A stretch of 64,000 nucleotides of DNA from Octopus sinensis (lineage: Eukaryota), in the NCBI RefSeq assembly GCF_006345805.1, contig NC_043000.1:68448001-68512000 (forward strand). Direction: 5' to 3'. The notes below the pieces were generated by a model. That model worked only from the letters and a program-made list of their open reading frames with translations. It ran no database searches and was not told the origin of the DNA. The position numbers and the translations under genes are program-made. Numbering within the stretch: the first letter of the stretch is position 1; each line of letters starts with the position of its first letter. Of this stretch, positions 50,615 to 62,948 are shown in pieces.

Positions 50615-51924
50615 TATAATAGCAATTTAATCTTAGTATTACTTACATTAAAGCAATGGGCATGCATACACAAATGTACCCCACCGATTTTGTTTCCTCA
50701 TAACTTACAGAAAAATAGATGCTTCTTCATGAAAGCTTTAGACAAATACGCTTCGGATGATGTACATTCTGATAATATCTGATTTTTTTTTTTTTAATCG
50801 GGAGAGGAGTTTTAGAAAATTATCACGTGTCGGTTTTGTTTCTTCATAATTTTCGGGAAAATGGATATTTTGATATGAAAATTTCGATAATTACCTTTCG
50901 GAGTGTGTATATTATGATTATATTGGAATTTAATATGAAAATAGAAACTGGTTGGACGGACACATGCATACGGACACACATTACATTGTTTTCGAAAATT
51001 TTCTTTCACAACAAATTCTGTTATAATTGTAATCTGTGCCATTTGAAGCGTATTTGTAGAAAATTTCATTAAAAATATCGAAAGTTATCGGGAAAGAAAG
51101 TCGTTGAGCTATGCTGCAGCTAAGGCTCTGGCTGGTTACCGTATAACATTGCACATTCGTTACCGAAACTCCATAGTAAACCTGTATTTTTTAAAATTAT
51201 AATCGTAGACAAAGAATGACCTTTAAAAACAAGCTTCAAAACGTTTGGAAACATTTACCCATGGAAGCTTATTAGAAAATTGAATACAGAAATACCTAAA
51301 CTTATGTCGTTTTGAGTTACGTCTTTTTTCAACTTTATGTCCTTCTTTTACAGAAATTGATGGAAAATATATAAACCTTTACTTCAGCCAATTCATCTGA
51401 CTTTACATTGGCCTCAGCGAACATTTCAAAGCATAAAAATTTAAAATAAACACCTAAAAACCAACACTGAAGTGGAAAATCAAATAAAGGACTTGTGGAA
51501 ATATGTGCAATTCCTGTAGTAAAACAGATAGAAGCTAATAAATATTTTAAAACTATTTTTTCGAGTTACGTCGTTTTTCGATTTAAGTCGCATGTTTTAG
51601 AACCAATTACCGACGTCAGTTGAGGTATACCTATACTTGTTTGCTGTCTGTATGCTAGGTGTCAGAAACAGATAAAACAGTTAATGCTGAATAATAGGAT
51701 AATAACTTACCCTATTATTCAACATTAACCTTTACTTTATGCAAACTCATGATCAAATATTTGCTTGTCACATACGTAAACTAACATCCGTTTGGATAAA
51801 CAATAGATTTCACTTTTACATAACTACAATTCGCGACACCACACTATAATTCTAAGCAACTACGCTACACTATTTCACATCCTATCCCATTTCATTACTA
51901 CAATATATTGTGTCACATACTAAT

Positions 51925-52098
51925 AATGTTCGTTCGTCATTGTCGACGATGACCAAATACATCACATGGGAGAAGAAAATGAGTCACGGTGCGTCCGGCT
52001 GTGGCCAATCAGATCGACGCGCGCTCGGAAGATTCTGGTGGCCTGCTAGGAATGAAGGCAAGAAGTTGGCTCTGGATTTGCGCAGCTTACGTTTGTGT

Positions 52099-52168
<70 letters not shown>

Positions 52169-52520
52169 CCTGCGATTCTATCCTGTTCGTAGGAAGTGAC
52201 ACTTCTGTTCGAGCAGCTATGCCAGGCAAGGCGTCCTGTGCTTGCATTTCCCATGTGTCGGTGTTGATCTGAAAGCACTTCAGTGAAGCTTTGAGTGTAT
52301 CTTTGGAGCGCTTTTTCTGCCCACCCTGAGTGTGCTTGCCTTCTGCTACTTCACTGTAAAACAGTCTTTTGGGTGGTAGTGTGTTGGTTATTCGGAGAAG
52401 GTGACCTGCCCACCTGGCCTGCGCTCTACTCAGGTTTAGTCATTTGGCTTGGTGTTCATAAACCGTCCAAGTTTCGCAGGCATACAGTAGTGTAGGCAGT
52501 AGAACTGCTTTGTACACCTT
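51925..52520 (-). mobile_element. RTE-clade LINE 3' end, split by a (CA)n tract
   Basis: Minus strand gives YKAVLLPTLLYACETWTVY, WAGHL, GGQKKRSKDTLKASLK, then RIFRARVDLIGHSRTH after the microsatellite. Confidence 0.85.
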
Positions 52521-52987
52521 CAACATATTATATTGCATACTAGACTATATTACAACCAAATGCATTTTCATACAATACACTACACTGATATCATACACTA
52601 ATATATTACACAATATTACAATTTTACTAAATTCTGTTACTATACAAAAAGCCTACTACAACTCACTATACTGTAATGAAGAATAGTTATCTACAATCAT
52701 AGCAGAGTGTTCTCCTTTAAAGCAACATAATGTTTCACCTATGTACACTGCTGGCTGGATGCCTTGCATTTTTAGTTATGGCCTTTTGCCTTCTGAATTC
52801 AACTCCCATCGTGGTTAGCTTTACTTTCCATCCTTCCAAGCTAAATAAGATATAGTATCAACCAAATGCTGGGTGAATAGAATCGATGGTGCACTCCCTC
52901 GAAGTGTATATTTTTGTGTACCTTAACTGAATAAAACCTTTTGAAACAAAAGTAGAAACCAATAATTCATATACATATACAATATAG

Positions 52988-53834
52988 GTGCAGGCGTGGC
53001 TGTGTGGTAAGAAGCTTGCTTCCCAACTGCATGGTTTGGGCTTCAGTCCCACTGCATGGCACCTTGGGCAAGTGTCTTCTTAAATAACTTCGGGCTGACC
53101 AAAGCCTTCTGAGTAGATTTAGTAGGCGGAAACTTAAAAAAGCCCGCTGTATATATATACATAAGAATTTTTTGCGTAATGAAATAAAAAACCAAGGCTG
53201 TGCAGATATTATAACATTTATAGATAGGTCTTACAGTTGTTTCCAGGATATTTATTAATTATATCCCTTCATCGGAGATGGTGTGAGAGGATGGTTAAGT
53301 AATAGTTAATTTAGATAGGATACAAAATAGAGAGTGAGGTGGAGGAAAGAAAATAGATGTGAGATATGTAGGGATATCGAATTTGTAGATCCAATTTAAT
53401 TACTGTTGGATTTTACTCATAAGGTATTGGAATCTTACATATACCATTCTGCCTAAAAAATGTGTCTACAAATTCAATATCCCTACATATCTCACATCTA
53501 TTTTCTTTCCTCCACCTCACTCTCTATTTTGTATCCTATCTAAATTAACTATTACTTAACCATCCTCTCACACCATCTCCGATGAAGGGATATAATTAAT
53601 AACTATTCTGGAAACGGCTATAAGATATTCTATCTATAAATGTTCTAATATCTACACAGCCTTGGTTTTTTTTATCTCATTACACAAAAAAATTCTTATA
53701 TACACACGCTGACATATGACCAACGTTGAACCCCTTATTTGCAAAATCACCGAACCTGGAACTTAACTATGGTCTGTCTATAGCACTTATCCAGCATTAC
53801 CTGACACCTTTGGGTCTCAATGACACCATTACCA

Positions 53835-53914
<80 letters not shown>

Positions 53915-54170
53915 ATATATAATATATATATGTATGTATGTATTTATGTGTGTATGTATCTTTGTGTCTGTGTTTGTCCACCCAACACCGCTTGGCAACC
54001 GGTGCTGGTGTATTTACGTCCCCGTAACTTAACGGCTCGGCAAAAGAAACCGATAGAATAAGTACTAGGCTTTAAAAATGAATCCTGGTGTCGATGCGTT
54101 CGACTAAAGCCCTTGAAAGCAGTGCTCCAGCATGGCCACAGTCAAATGACTAAAACAAATAAAAGTAGAA
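52988..54170 (+). mobile_element. SINE family 1 split in its central microsatellite by an inserted inverted pLTR pair
   Basis: Head at 52988-53150 and tail at about 53950-54170, with about 800 bp of foreign sequence between. Confidence 0.8.
53159..53701. mobile_element. Inverted pair of PLE pseudo-LTR family B (about 230-bp arms), each with a hammerhead
   Basis: 53159-53389 is the reverse complement of 53465-53701. Hammerheads at 53229-53278 (-) and 53575-53626 (+), both with a CCGATGA core. Confidence 0.85.
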
Positions 54171-55289
54171 GTAAAAAAATATATATGGAGTGTATTGAGA
54201 CGCAGAAAAAATGTTGACAAATAGCAGGGCTAATATGAATTTGGAGAAAGACAACACAACTCGAATCTATACGTAAACAACACAGCCAACATATGTATTC
54301 AAACCACTAAGTAACATGTATTGTCATACGATAGAACATATATATCCAAACAACACAAGTTGTACGTATATTCAAAACTATACAACTTGTATGAGCTTGC
54401 AAACAACATACAGAATTCATTGATTTAATCATAGTTTGATATCCTGTTTCATGTATGTGAAAGTCAAATGCTTCACTTCCTAGTACGTATATTCAGCAAA
54501 CAACATGTTCGAGTTTTCAAACAGCATTCAGCCAATAATAGTATGACTATTTATTTCCTGTCTGCGGTAGTGAGATTTACTTCCTAATTAAATGCATCCA
54601 TTAATGGATCTACTAAAATACAGCTATTATTAATGTGTCTCATTGTCTATGGTAAGATCTAATCTCAACAAAACAAAACCCGTCAAATATACAAGATTCC
54701 TGCTGTCTTCAGTTATAGTAATACATCATACCTATCCAGTAGAACTTAGGTACAGATAAGTAGTCCAAAGGTTCTATATCCTCCACATAAAAACGGTGCA
54801 ACAGTAGTGAATCTTTATATATCTAATATTAGATATTAGCTATATTTCATTTTGTTCCTATATTGATTCTGCTCTTAGGATTGATTATACAAATCTCACT
54901 GATCATCATTACTTAACTTAAAGGTGTTCGTTGACAGTCTATTGATTAAAGATGACATGCATGTCGTGACCTCTCCCCTCAGTGCTTCAAATATATTATA
55001 TACAAGCAACTTTGTTTTTGTTTTTGTTAATTTGCAAAAAATGACATCAGCTGTCACGATGTCGTATCTAATTCCTGCATTCTTTCTTTTCTTTCTTTCC
55101 TGTCATTGCATTTCGTCCTACGTCTTTCTTTCACACTATCCCTCCCGTCCTGTCTTTCTCTCTCCCCCTCTCTCCTATGTATCTAACGTTTTCTTTATTT
55201 GTATTATTTTGTTTGATTTTGTGTTCATCATGTGAGGGAGAGAGGGAGAGAGCAGAATAGAGACATAGGTATATTGAAAGAGGGAATGC

Positions 55290-55390
<101 letters not shown>

Positions 55391-56152
55391 CATTTATACA
55401 CACATATAAATAACGATAGAATGTGAATACGTGTGTGTGTGCGCGTGTGTGTGTGTGTGTGTGTGTGCGCGTGTGTGTGTGTGTGTGTGCGCGTGTGTGT
55501 GTGTGTGTGTTAGAGTCAATGGAGGTGTAAGGAACATACTCAGGTATCAACAATCATTATAAACGTGGCCTGTCTAAACACACGATCCGACTTGCATTTC
55601 TGACAGCTGACACGATTCGAACAGACATGTCTGGCAGTGAAAGAAGGATATCTTGAAACAATTTCCATTGCATCGACACATTTAGAAGGAAATAAACAGA
55701 TAAAAGAAAATCCTTACATTTATCCAGTTACTAAGCGCCTTTTTTTCTGTATTCTGTCTATCTTATCCACAGTTACATCTACAATACAAATATATTCTCT
55801 AGTCAAGCCTAACTGGATTATATGCTAATTCTTACAAACGTCGATATATACTAGCTATAGCATCCACACTTGTCCGGCTACGTAAATAACTAAAATAAAT
55901 ACCATCACGTGAGTTCTCTATATTTGGGATGAATTGCTTTAAAAAAGATGTTGGCAATTATCAGTTGGTCCAGAAATATGATTCCTTCGAGTGAACTGTG
56001 GCACCCTTTTGATTTAAAAGATGATTAAAACTGTGATTCCTAAAAATGTGCATAAAGTAAACAAATATAAAACCAAAAATGAAATTCTATTCAGCCCTTT
56101 GTTTTCTGGGAAAATATACATTTTCTTTTCAAAATAATTTAATAATACATGG

Positions 56153-56433
56153 CAGCGTTCCCAACACCCCTTTTTTTTTTGCACCTCGGACTGGTGTTAT
56201 GCAAGACAGTTTTTCCACGGACCGGGGCATCACGAGCATTAACAAAATATAATAAAATGCATAATATTTAATTAAATTATTACATTGTATAATACATATA
56301 TATTGCGAATATTTTACATATATATTACGTATATTTTACATGCAAAGACACCCTGCAGATCGTTTGTTTATGAAATAGAAATAAAATTTTCCATTTCATT
56401 CTTTCTGTGCGGCCCGGTAGTTGGTAACACCTG
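56153..56433. mobile_element. Charlie-type hAT MITE (MER1-like termini), decayed
   Basis: Begins cagcgttcccaac...tttttgcacctcggactgg...ttttccacggaccgggg and ends gttggtaacacctg. No TSD recovered. Confidence 0.6.
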
Positions 56434-57252
56434 TTTGAAGCTATGCAAAATGGTTGGGTTTCTTCCGTCATAGGTTACAATATCAAATTCCAGGAAATGT
56501 CATAGAGTATGTGAGCTTAGTCAAAAGATGTATCTCCATACAAACTTTCAGCTCTCTATACATCGATCTTTATATATTACGCCTTCTGTTCCTATATTAG
56601 ACCTACATTGCGATGTTTTCGATTCAAATTCGCTGCAATAGATTTACAGACATAGCAAGGGCGCCGGTGAAGTGAGTGTAAATTTCGAACGAGACTCTGT
56701 TGTTATGTGAGACAATTTTCGATCTCATATCTTTTTCACTAACTCCTGGACTTTTCTGAGAGACCAAAATTTCGAACTGGACCCAAGCATCTTATAGAAG
56801 TTACTCATTGGCGATTGGGGGGCACATACTGGGATGGGGGAGTAGACGTCTAGTAAAAGAGCTCTCAAATCCTTCTTTGGTTATGTTCACATAGCCAGAT
56901 TTGTTTTAGTTAAGAAATTTGTTTCCTGTTCCAAACTAGATAGAGTTGAATATTTTCAATTTACAATGACAATAAAATCTCCCTTTTTGCTCCGTCCGAC
57001 AGCAACTCACTTGATTTATGTCGAGTTTGCATTTTATTTTCAATATCTTGTATGTAACTAGCTTATTGCATCTTGCGTTGATTTTTCTGTTTTTTCTTCG
57101 GTTAGTCGAAGATTCCTCAGAATCAATCTCTGTATATGAGCTCACTTTTCAAGGTGTCAATTCTTTGCTATCCAAGTATTAATTACTTTTCCCTTCTCTT
57201 TTCTCTGATTTGCTCACACACTCTCTCAACACATTCCTAAAGTTCTCTCTCC

Positions 57253-57342
<90 letters not shown>

Positions 57343-57489
57343 GTGTGTATGTGTGTGTAAAAGTCATTTGCTGGTAAACCACGATGTTGCATACGTAAGA
57401 ATAAATTTAAATATGAATTAAAAGCAGCGCTAGCGTTACAAATATTATCGATTGCATATACTCAATGTATGTACTTTGCTTGTTCGCCG

Positions 57490-57562
57490 GTAACCTGCTT
57501 AGTGCGGTGGGGATGAATCCTTCAAAGCGCCAGGTTTTAAAATGCCTGAAAGTCATAGATGG
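57490..57562 (+). CDS. Candidate exon of a calmodulin/myosin-light-chain-like EF-hand protein (real or relic)
   Basis: GNLLSAVGMNPSKRQVLKCLKVID aligns without gaps to calmodulin [24 protein letters not shown]. A pyrimidine tract lies upstream, but the expected acceptor reads CG and the nearest donor is GC (GG|GCGAGA). Confidence 0.45.
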
Positions 57563-57934
57563 GCGAGACAACTCGCTCCGAATCCCAGTCAGGATATCGA
57601 TATTTCGGTTTTTACACTATTTGCTTATAGTCATAAACCCATATTTTCAATATACATGCATGTGCGTCCACTCTTTCTCTACCTCCTTGTTTCTCTTTCA
57701 AACACATCCTTCTCCAAAATTTCCTCATATCTTCATAGTCCCAGTTCTCCTCCTTTCGCTCTTTAAACAACAACATTACTCTTTGCTTCTGTCTGTTTCC
57801 CTCGAAGCAGAAATGCTTCTCGTATCTTTGTTTCATATAAAAACCGGTATAATCTTCCTTAAGCTGTTCACATTCATATACACACATACAATCAAACGCA
57901 TATACTGAAACACACTCAACTGGCATAAAAATAT

Positions 57935-57937
<3 letters not shown>

Positions 57938-57976
<39 letters not shown>

Positions 57977-57999
57977 TAGTAGTAGTAGTAGTAGTAGTA

Positions 58000-58034
<35 letters not shown>

Positions 58035-58043
58035 ATGGTGGTG

Positions 58044-58078
<35 letters not shown>

Positions 58079-58092
58079 TGTAGTAGTAGTAG
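57938..58092. repeat. (TAG)n/(TGG)n trinucleotide tract
   Basis: Read directly. Confidence 0.97.
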
Positions 58093-58463
58093 TTATTGTT
58101 GCTGCTGGTGATAAATTTGGTGATAGCTTTCCTCAATAGCAGTTGTGCTTCATTAAAGAATGCAATTTCCTGTTCCGGCTATTCACTGCTTACAAAAACA
58201 TACTGTCATCCTTTTCAGTCGCTATATTTGCAAATGGAGATTTGACGAGTTTTTCATTGGTGATGTAACAATGTCGTGAAAACAGCGTTTCTCAAACTTA
58301 TTATTTCCTCTGGACTCTCGATTGCTATATTCAAAGTTGCTTTTCATTGAGATGCCAACTCGGAGAGTGTCGGAAGTGCAAGAGAATGCGTGTAGGGTTT
58401 CTGTGAGAGAAAATTTGTAATCCGTCGACAAATAATACTACAATAGGATAAACATTCCTTTTC

Positions 58464-58506
<43 letters not shown>

Positions 58507-59039
58507 TGAGAGTGAATGCAAGTTTGAGTATATGTGTATGTATGTATTCATGTGTGTATGCAAGTTCGTACATGTGTGTAAGTATGCATGCATATTTTCC
58601 CGATTTTATTGTGAGAGGCTTTTTCTGGCTTAGAAACAAGGATCTTTCATTTAGATATTATTATTGGAGTAGTCATGTACGTATTTAAGTATGTATGTAT
58701 GTCAATATTCAGTTTTATTTCAAGATTTTTTGCAATAGAAAAAGAGTCGGTTTCTAACCCAGATCCAAGGTTCCTTCAACCTCAACGGTATTTTTATAAG
58801 TATGTGTATATATGTGCAGCATTTGGATTCAGTGCATGTGTAGTTTTGTATGTTTTGTTTTATGTATGTATTTCCATGCGTATTGTTGCATATCTAGACA
58901 TACATACTTAAATAGTAAACTTCTGGAAAGTATTACAAAATTTTACAGTTCCATTGATGGCTTGGATCTGAAGTCTTCGAATCAGGTTTCTTTTCTGGTA
59001 TTTGAGAAGCTTAATTTCTCAAGATTGGTATTTAGGTAA

Positions 59040-59960
59040 TATGTTACTTATCCCAGTGCCTTGATAACTTGTAATCTGGGTAGAGTAACTGCAAATTTCT
59101 CAGTAGTTCAGAGAAGTTATTTTCCTTTTCGCTGATCATTAGCTTTATGTTAACATCCGCTGGGCAGCTGATTTCCAATATTATACAGTTTCTCTTCTCA
59201 GTCTCAAAAGCTACGCTTGGTCTATTATGTTTACTTTTTATTGAGATTTTCATCAACACTCTTTCTTATGAGTATCTATGGCCTATACCATACTGTGGCT
59301 TCTTATCTCTTTGGCCTCAGGATTATCTTCCGACGGATCTCATTATACAATGTCTTGGCTACATCATGTTTCATCGGTTGATAATACCGCGATAACGTGG
59401 GTGGTATCATCGATGTTAACTCCGCAAAATCTGCATCGGTTATCACATGTTGGTATTTTTCCTACGGCTCTGTCCCTTTTGTGCATCAGGTATTTGGTTG
59501 ATATTTCCCGTTGTATGTCCTAGGTGTAATGCATGGACAATAACTACTTCGAATTTCTTCAGACACAAAACATTTCGGTTAACCTCTATCTCTTCATTCC
59601 AGATTTTACTCCAGAAGGAGTCTATGGCTTTTCGTGCAGGGGCCTCTGTAATATTTACTGTTTCCCCTCTCATGGCTCTGTACACTGATGCTTGATTCCG
59701 GATGAATTTTCTATTTATTTGCCTTTCTTTCGGTTATTCTCCTCTGATGTCGGAGCTTCTCACTGACAGCTTTTAGCTCCTGCTTGAGGGCGATCAGTTT
59801 GCAATTCTCTTTTTGCTACCTCAAACATCATTTCTATTTTCACTTTTTGTTGGTAAGTCGTATAGTGAGTGGCTTGTTTGCAAGCAATATGTATCGTCAC
59901 ATGGCTGATGGTCTTCTGTAAATCAGTTATCTGGGGTTTTTTTTGTCTTTAAAAACCATG
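59040..59960 (-). mobile_element. R4/Dong-like non-LTR relic with restriction-like endonuclease; RT deleted
   Basis: P...IDSFWSKIW (pre-RT) is followed closely by CRFCGV...THV...KHD and SKHNRP...CIILEISCPADVNI...EKE..F.EL. No YxDD region lies between them. Confidence 0.75.
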
Positions 59961-60087
59961 ATGGCACTTTCCTTATTTACTGAAAATTTGTTGAACTCTT
60001 TTGCTGGGGAATATCTCGCTATCACAAATTATGATTTGCTCATCTGTTCTTTGGTATATGTTTTATTACCGAACACATCCATCCATC

Positions 60088-60126
<39 letters not shown>

Positions 60127-60607
60127 GTATGTATACACACACCCACACACATATAGATATACCATTAAATCACTACACATAAAAGCGCATGTCACTGGCA
60201 AAACACTATCTGTAAGATAGTGGGTAGCATTTATACACACACATGCAAACACACACATACACACACACACTTGTACATGAACGCGCGCACACGTGCACAC
60301 ACCCACACACATATATGTGTATGTCTTGAATTATTCTTCGTTTCGCATACAACAGTGCATGTCATTAAATTATCGTTAAGTGAGCAGATATAATCTCAAG
60401 GTAGAGTTTATAGTTCTGGGGACTGTTTGTTGGAATAGAGAATCTTAGGGAATTTATATTTTCTGTCAGTGGAGCATAAAACTGGGGCCGACTGCCCCTC
60501 TCTTTCAGGTCACATAAAAATATGCTAATTATAAAGGCGACTATGAGTTTATTTTGATTCTATGATGATAACTATACCCATTCACGACTGTGTGTGTGTG
60601 TGTTTGT

Positions 60608-60680
<73 letters not shown>

Positions 60681-61086
60681 CGCGTGTGTGTGTATGCATG
60701 CGTGTGTGCGCGCTCGCGCAAGTATATATGTACACACACACATATACATGCATGCATACATACATATATATCATATATATTCAAGGGGACGATATGAAGT
60801 GAACGGGAAGAACGGGGACAGAACGAACACTTTATACGCTGATGAAATTTCTTTCTCAGAAATTTCTTTCACAGAAGCAAGAAGTAAATTCTAGTGTGCT
60901 CAATCGAGAGATTTTCAGTTTAAGAATATTCCGGAGCGATGTAAGCAGCAAAACAGACACACACAGTACATACTATTTATCACTGAGTATTCTTTGACTA
61001 ATTAAGAGCTAATTAGTGTCATAATAGAAAGTCTGTGTGAAATAAGACGAACATAACTGGTCTTCAAAATACTTGCATATATATTG

Positions 61087-61295
61087 ATTTCAAATTTTTG
61101 CCCAATGCCAGCAATATCGGAGGAGGGATAAAGTCGATTACATCACCCCGGGCTCAACTGGTACTTATTTTATCGACCCTGAAAGGATGAAAGGTAAGTT
61201 GAGCTCAGCAGCATTTGAACACAGAAAGTAAAGACGTTACGAAATGCCGCTAAGTATTTTGTCCAGTATGCCAACGATTCTGCCAGCACACTGCT
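61087..61295 (-). mobile_element. SINE family 2 copy
   Basis: Plus strand gtcgattacatc...ggtacttattttatcgaccctgaaaggatgaaagg...aacgattctgccagc is the reverse complement of the family-2 consensus. Confidence 0.85.
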
Positions 61296-61393
61296 TTCAG
61301 AAGTAGCATATATATTATCCACATCTAAATCCCTTTTGAGACTTTAGGACAACGATGAAGCATATGTATAATTGCAGGCGTTAAATAAAAGTC

Positions 61394-62119
61394 TAGTGGT
61401 TCCCAAACTATAAGAACGGAATCTTAGTGGGTCGCAAAAAGTTATAAAATTACGCATTAGCTTTGATTAACTGCTGTCTATCGAGATAGTTCAAGACTTA
61501 TGTTTTCAATACCAGACTTGTTGTTTTATCAAGCAGTAGGCTTTTTCACGAACTTAACAAATCAGTGGTTGTCATTTTCTCAAGTTATTTATTCGTACGT
61601 AATCGTAAAAAGGAAAGGTCTGTTTTTACCTATTTATAGAGAACTTTAACTAGGCGAAGTATAACACTAATCGAGCCGATAACAGTAACTACTTCAAGGT
61701 TTTGTATTAGTGTTAGTATTTACACATAGGGTATAGAGACGTTGAAACAGTTATAAAACGTTTTGTTTCACATTTAATATAAATAGCAAAAAATTTTAAT
61801 AAATAAGACATTATGGATTTCACTAGTAAGTTTATAAATTATTTAAAAAGTATAGGAGTGATCACCAGGAGGCTATCAATTAGCCAATGAAATGATTGGA
61901 ATAGACAGCAACTAGATGGTAGATAGATCAAGAGATGTTAATTCTATTATTGAGCATAGCAAGAAACAGGCTCATCCTTCTCACAGGCCTCACTGATGAT
62001 GTAATCTGAAATAAATTTGTTAATTTCCTTAATGTTTTTACTCAGTAGAGTTAAGTGGGTCGTCATAAACTAGTGTGATAAATAGTGGGTCGCGACTCTA
62101 AAAAGTTTGGGAACCACTG
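61394..62119 (+). mobile_element. Longer non-autonomous Buster-type hAT element; structural parent of the 8093-8290 MITE
   Basis: Both end blocks match the MITE. The extra internal 550 bp or so includes IEHSKKQAHPSH, like Buster transposase C-termini. Target gtctagtg is present at both sides; the left one overlaps a short terminal deletion. Confidence 0.85.
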
Positions 62120-62948
62120 GTCTAGTGAATATATTACCAACAGTTATATGTAAGGAAACAGCTGTTGACAATCAGTGCAGTCACAATATCAGCCATGTCA
62201 GAATAGGACGCGAGGGATTATTCCGCGATCACTCTGCTGACGAACGAGCTGGCTCTTTTACCATCGTACATTAGCAAAAGAACCACAAAAACCGCAGTAG
62301 AAGTTTATTCACCTGAAATTAGATCGGCGTGGCTTCTGGCAGCCACTTGTTCTAATATGAAGGAAGAGGTGACATTGCTGGAGTTCGAAGAGAAAAAAGT
62401 GCAGAATGGTATGGCGGGAGTCTTCGGGTGGCAATTCAAGCCACACCAGCGGTACTGGAGGAAATTCCAGAATTTATAATTCTGCCGGATGAGACAAAAC
62501 TTAGAATCTCGGTCCAGGGCAGAATCCCAAGATGTTTCGAGAGCGGACTGAAGAGGCACGTAAGGAAAATGTGCTCCCAGACCCTTTCAACCTGAAGAAC
62601 AGGGGAAAAAAACAGAATGAACCAAAGGAACAGCAAGAGAAGCCGAACGAGGAAGCTCCAGGTGAGGAGGAAGAGGAGCAGGAATAAGCGGAAAAGATAG
62701 TGGAGAAGGAGAATTGCGTGCCGGAGGAAGCTGGACCGTTCACATCTACCGAGGTAAGTGAGGAGGAATGGTCAATTGGAGGGAGGAAGAAGAAAAAAAT
62801 TCTCGTTCTCTTCCTCCAAAAAACACAAAAAGCTTAAAAACGAATACACAAGAACAGATACGAACGCAGACAAAAGACATTACAAACGCAGACAGCAAAA
62901 AGGACACAGATACCCCCCAAAAAACACTGAATATACAACATAAGCAAC

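Noticed and set aside
51975-52030. CCAAT box, TGAGTCA site and CpG-rich patch suggesting a promoter
   Set aside because: The minus strand encodes the RTE C-terminal RARVDLIGHSRTH motif, so this is LINE sequence.
60800-60875. Minus-strand EISEKEISSAYKVF resembling a calmodulin helix
   Set aside because: It is on the opposite strand to the 57.5-kb candidate, part of the similarity comes from a 15-bp tandem duplication, and no EF loop follows.
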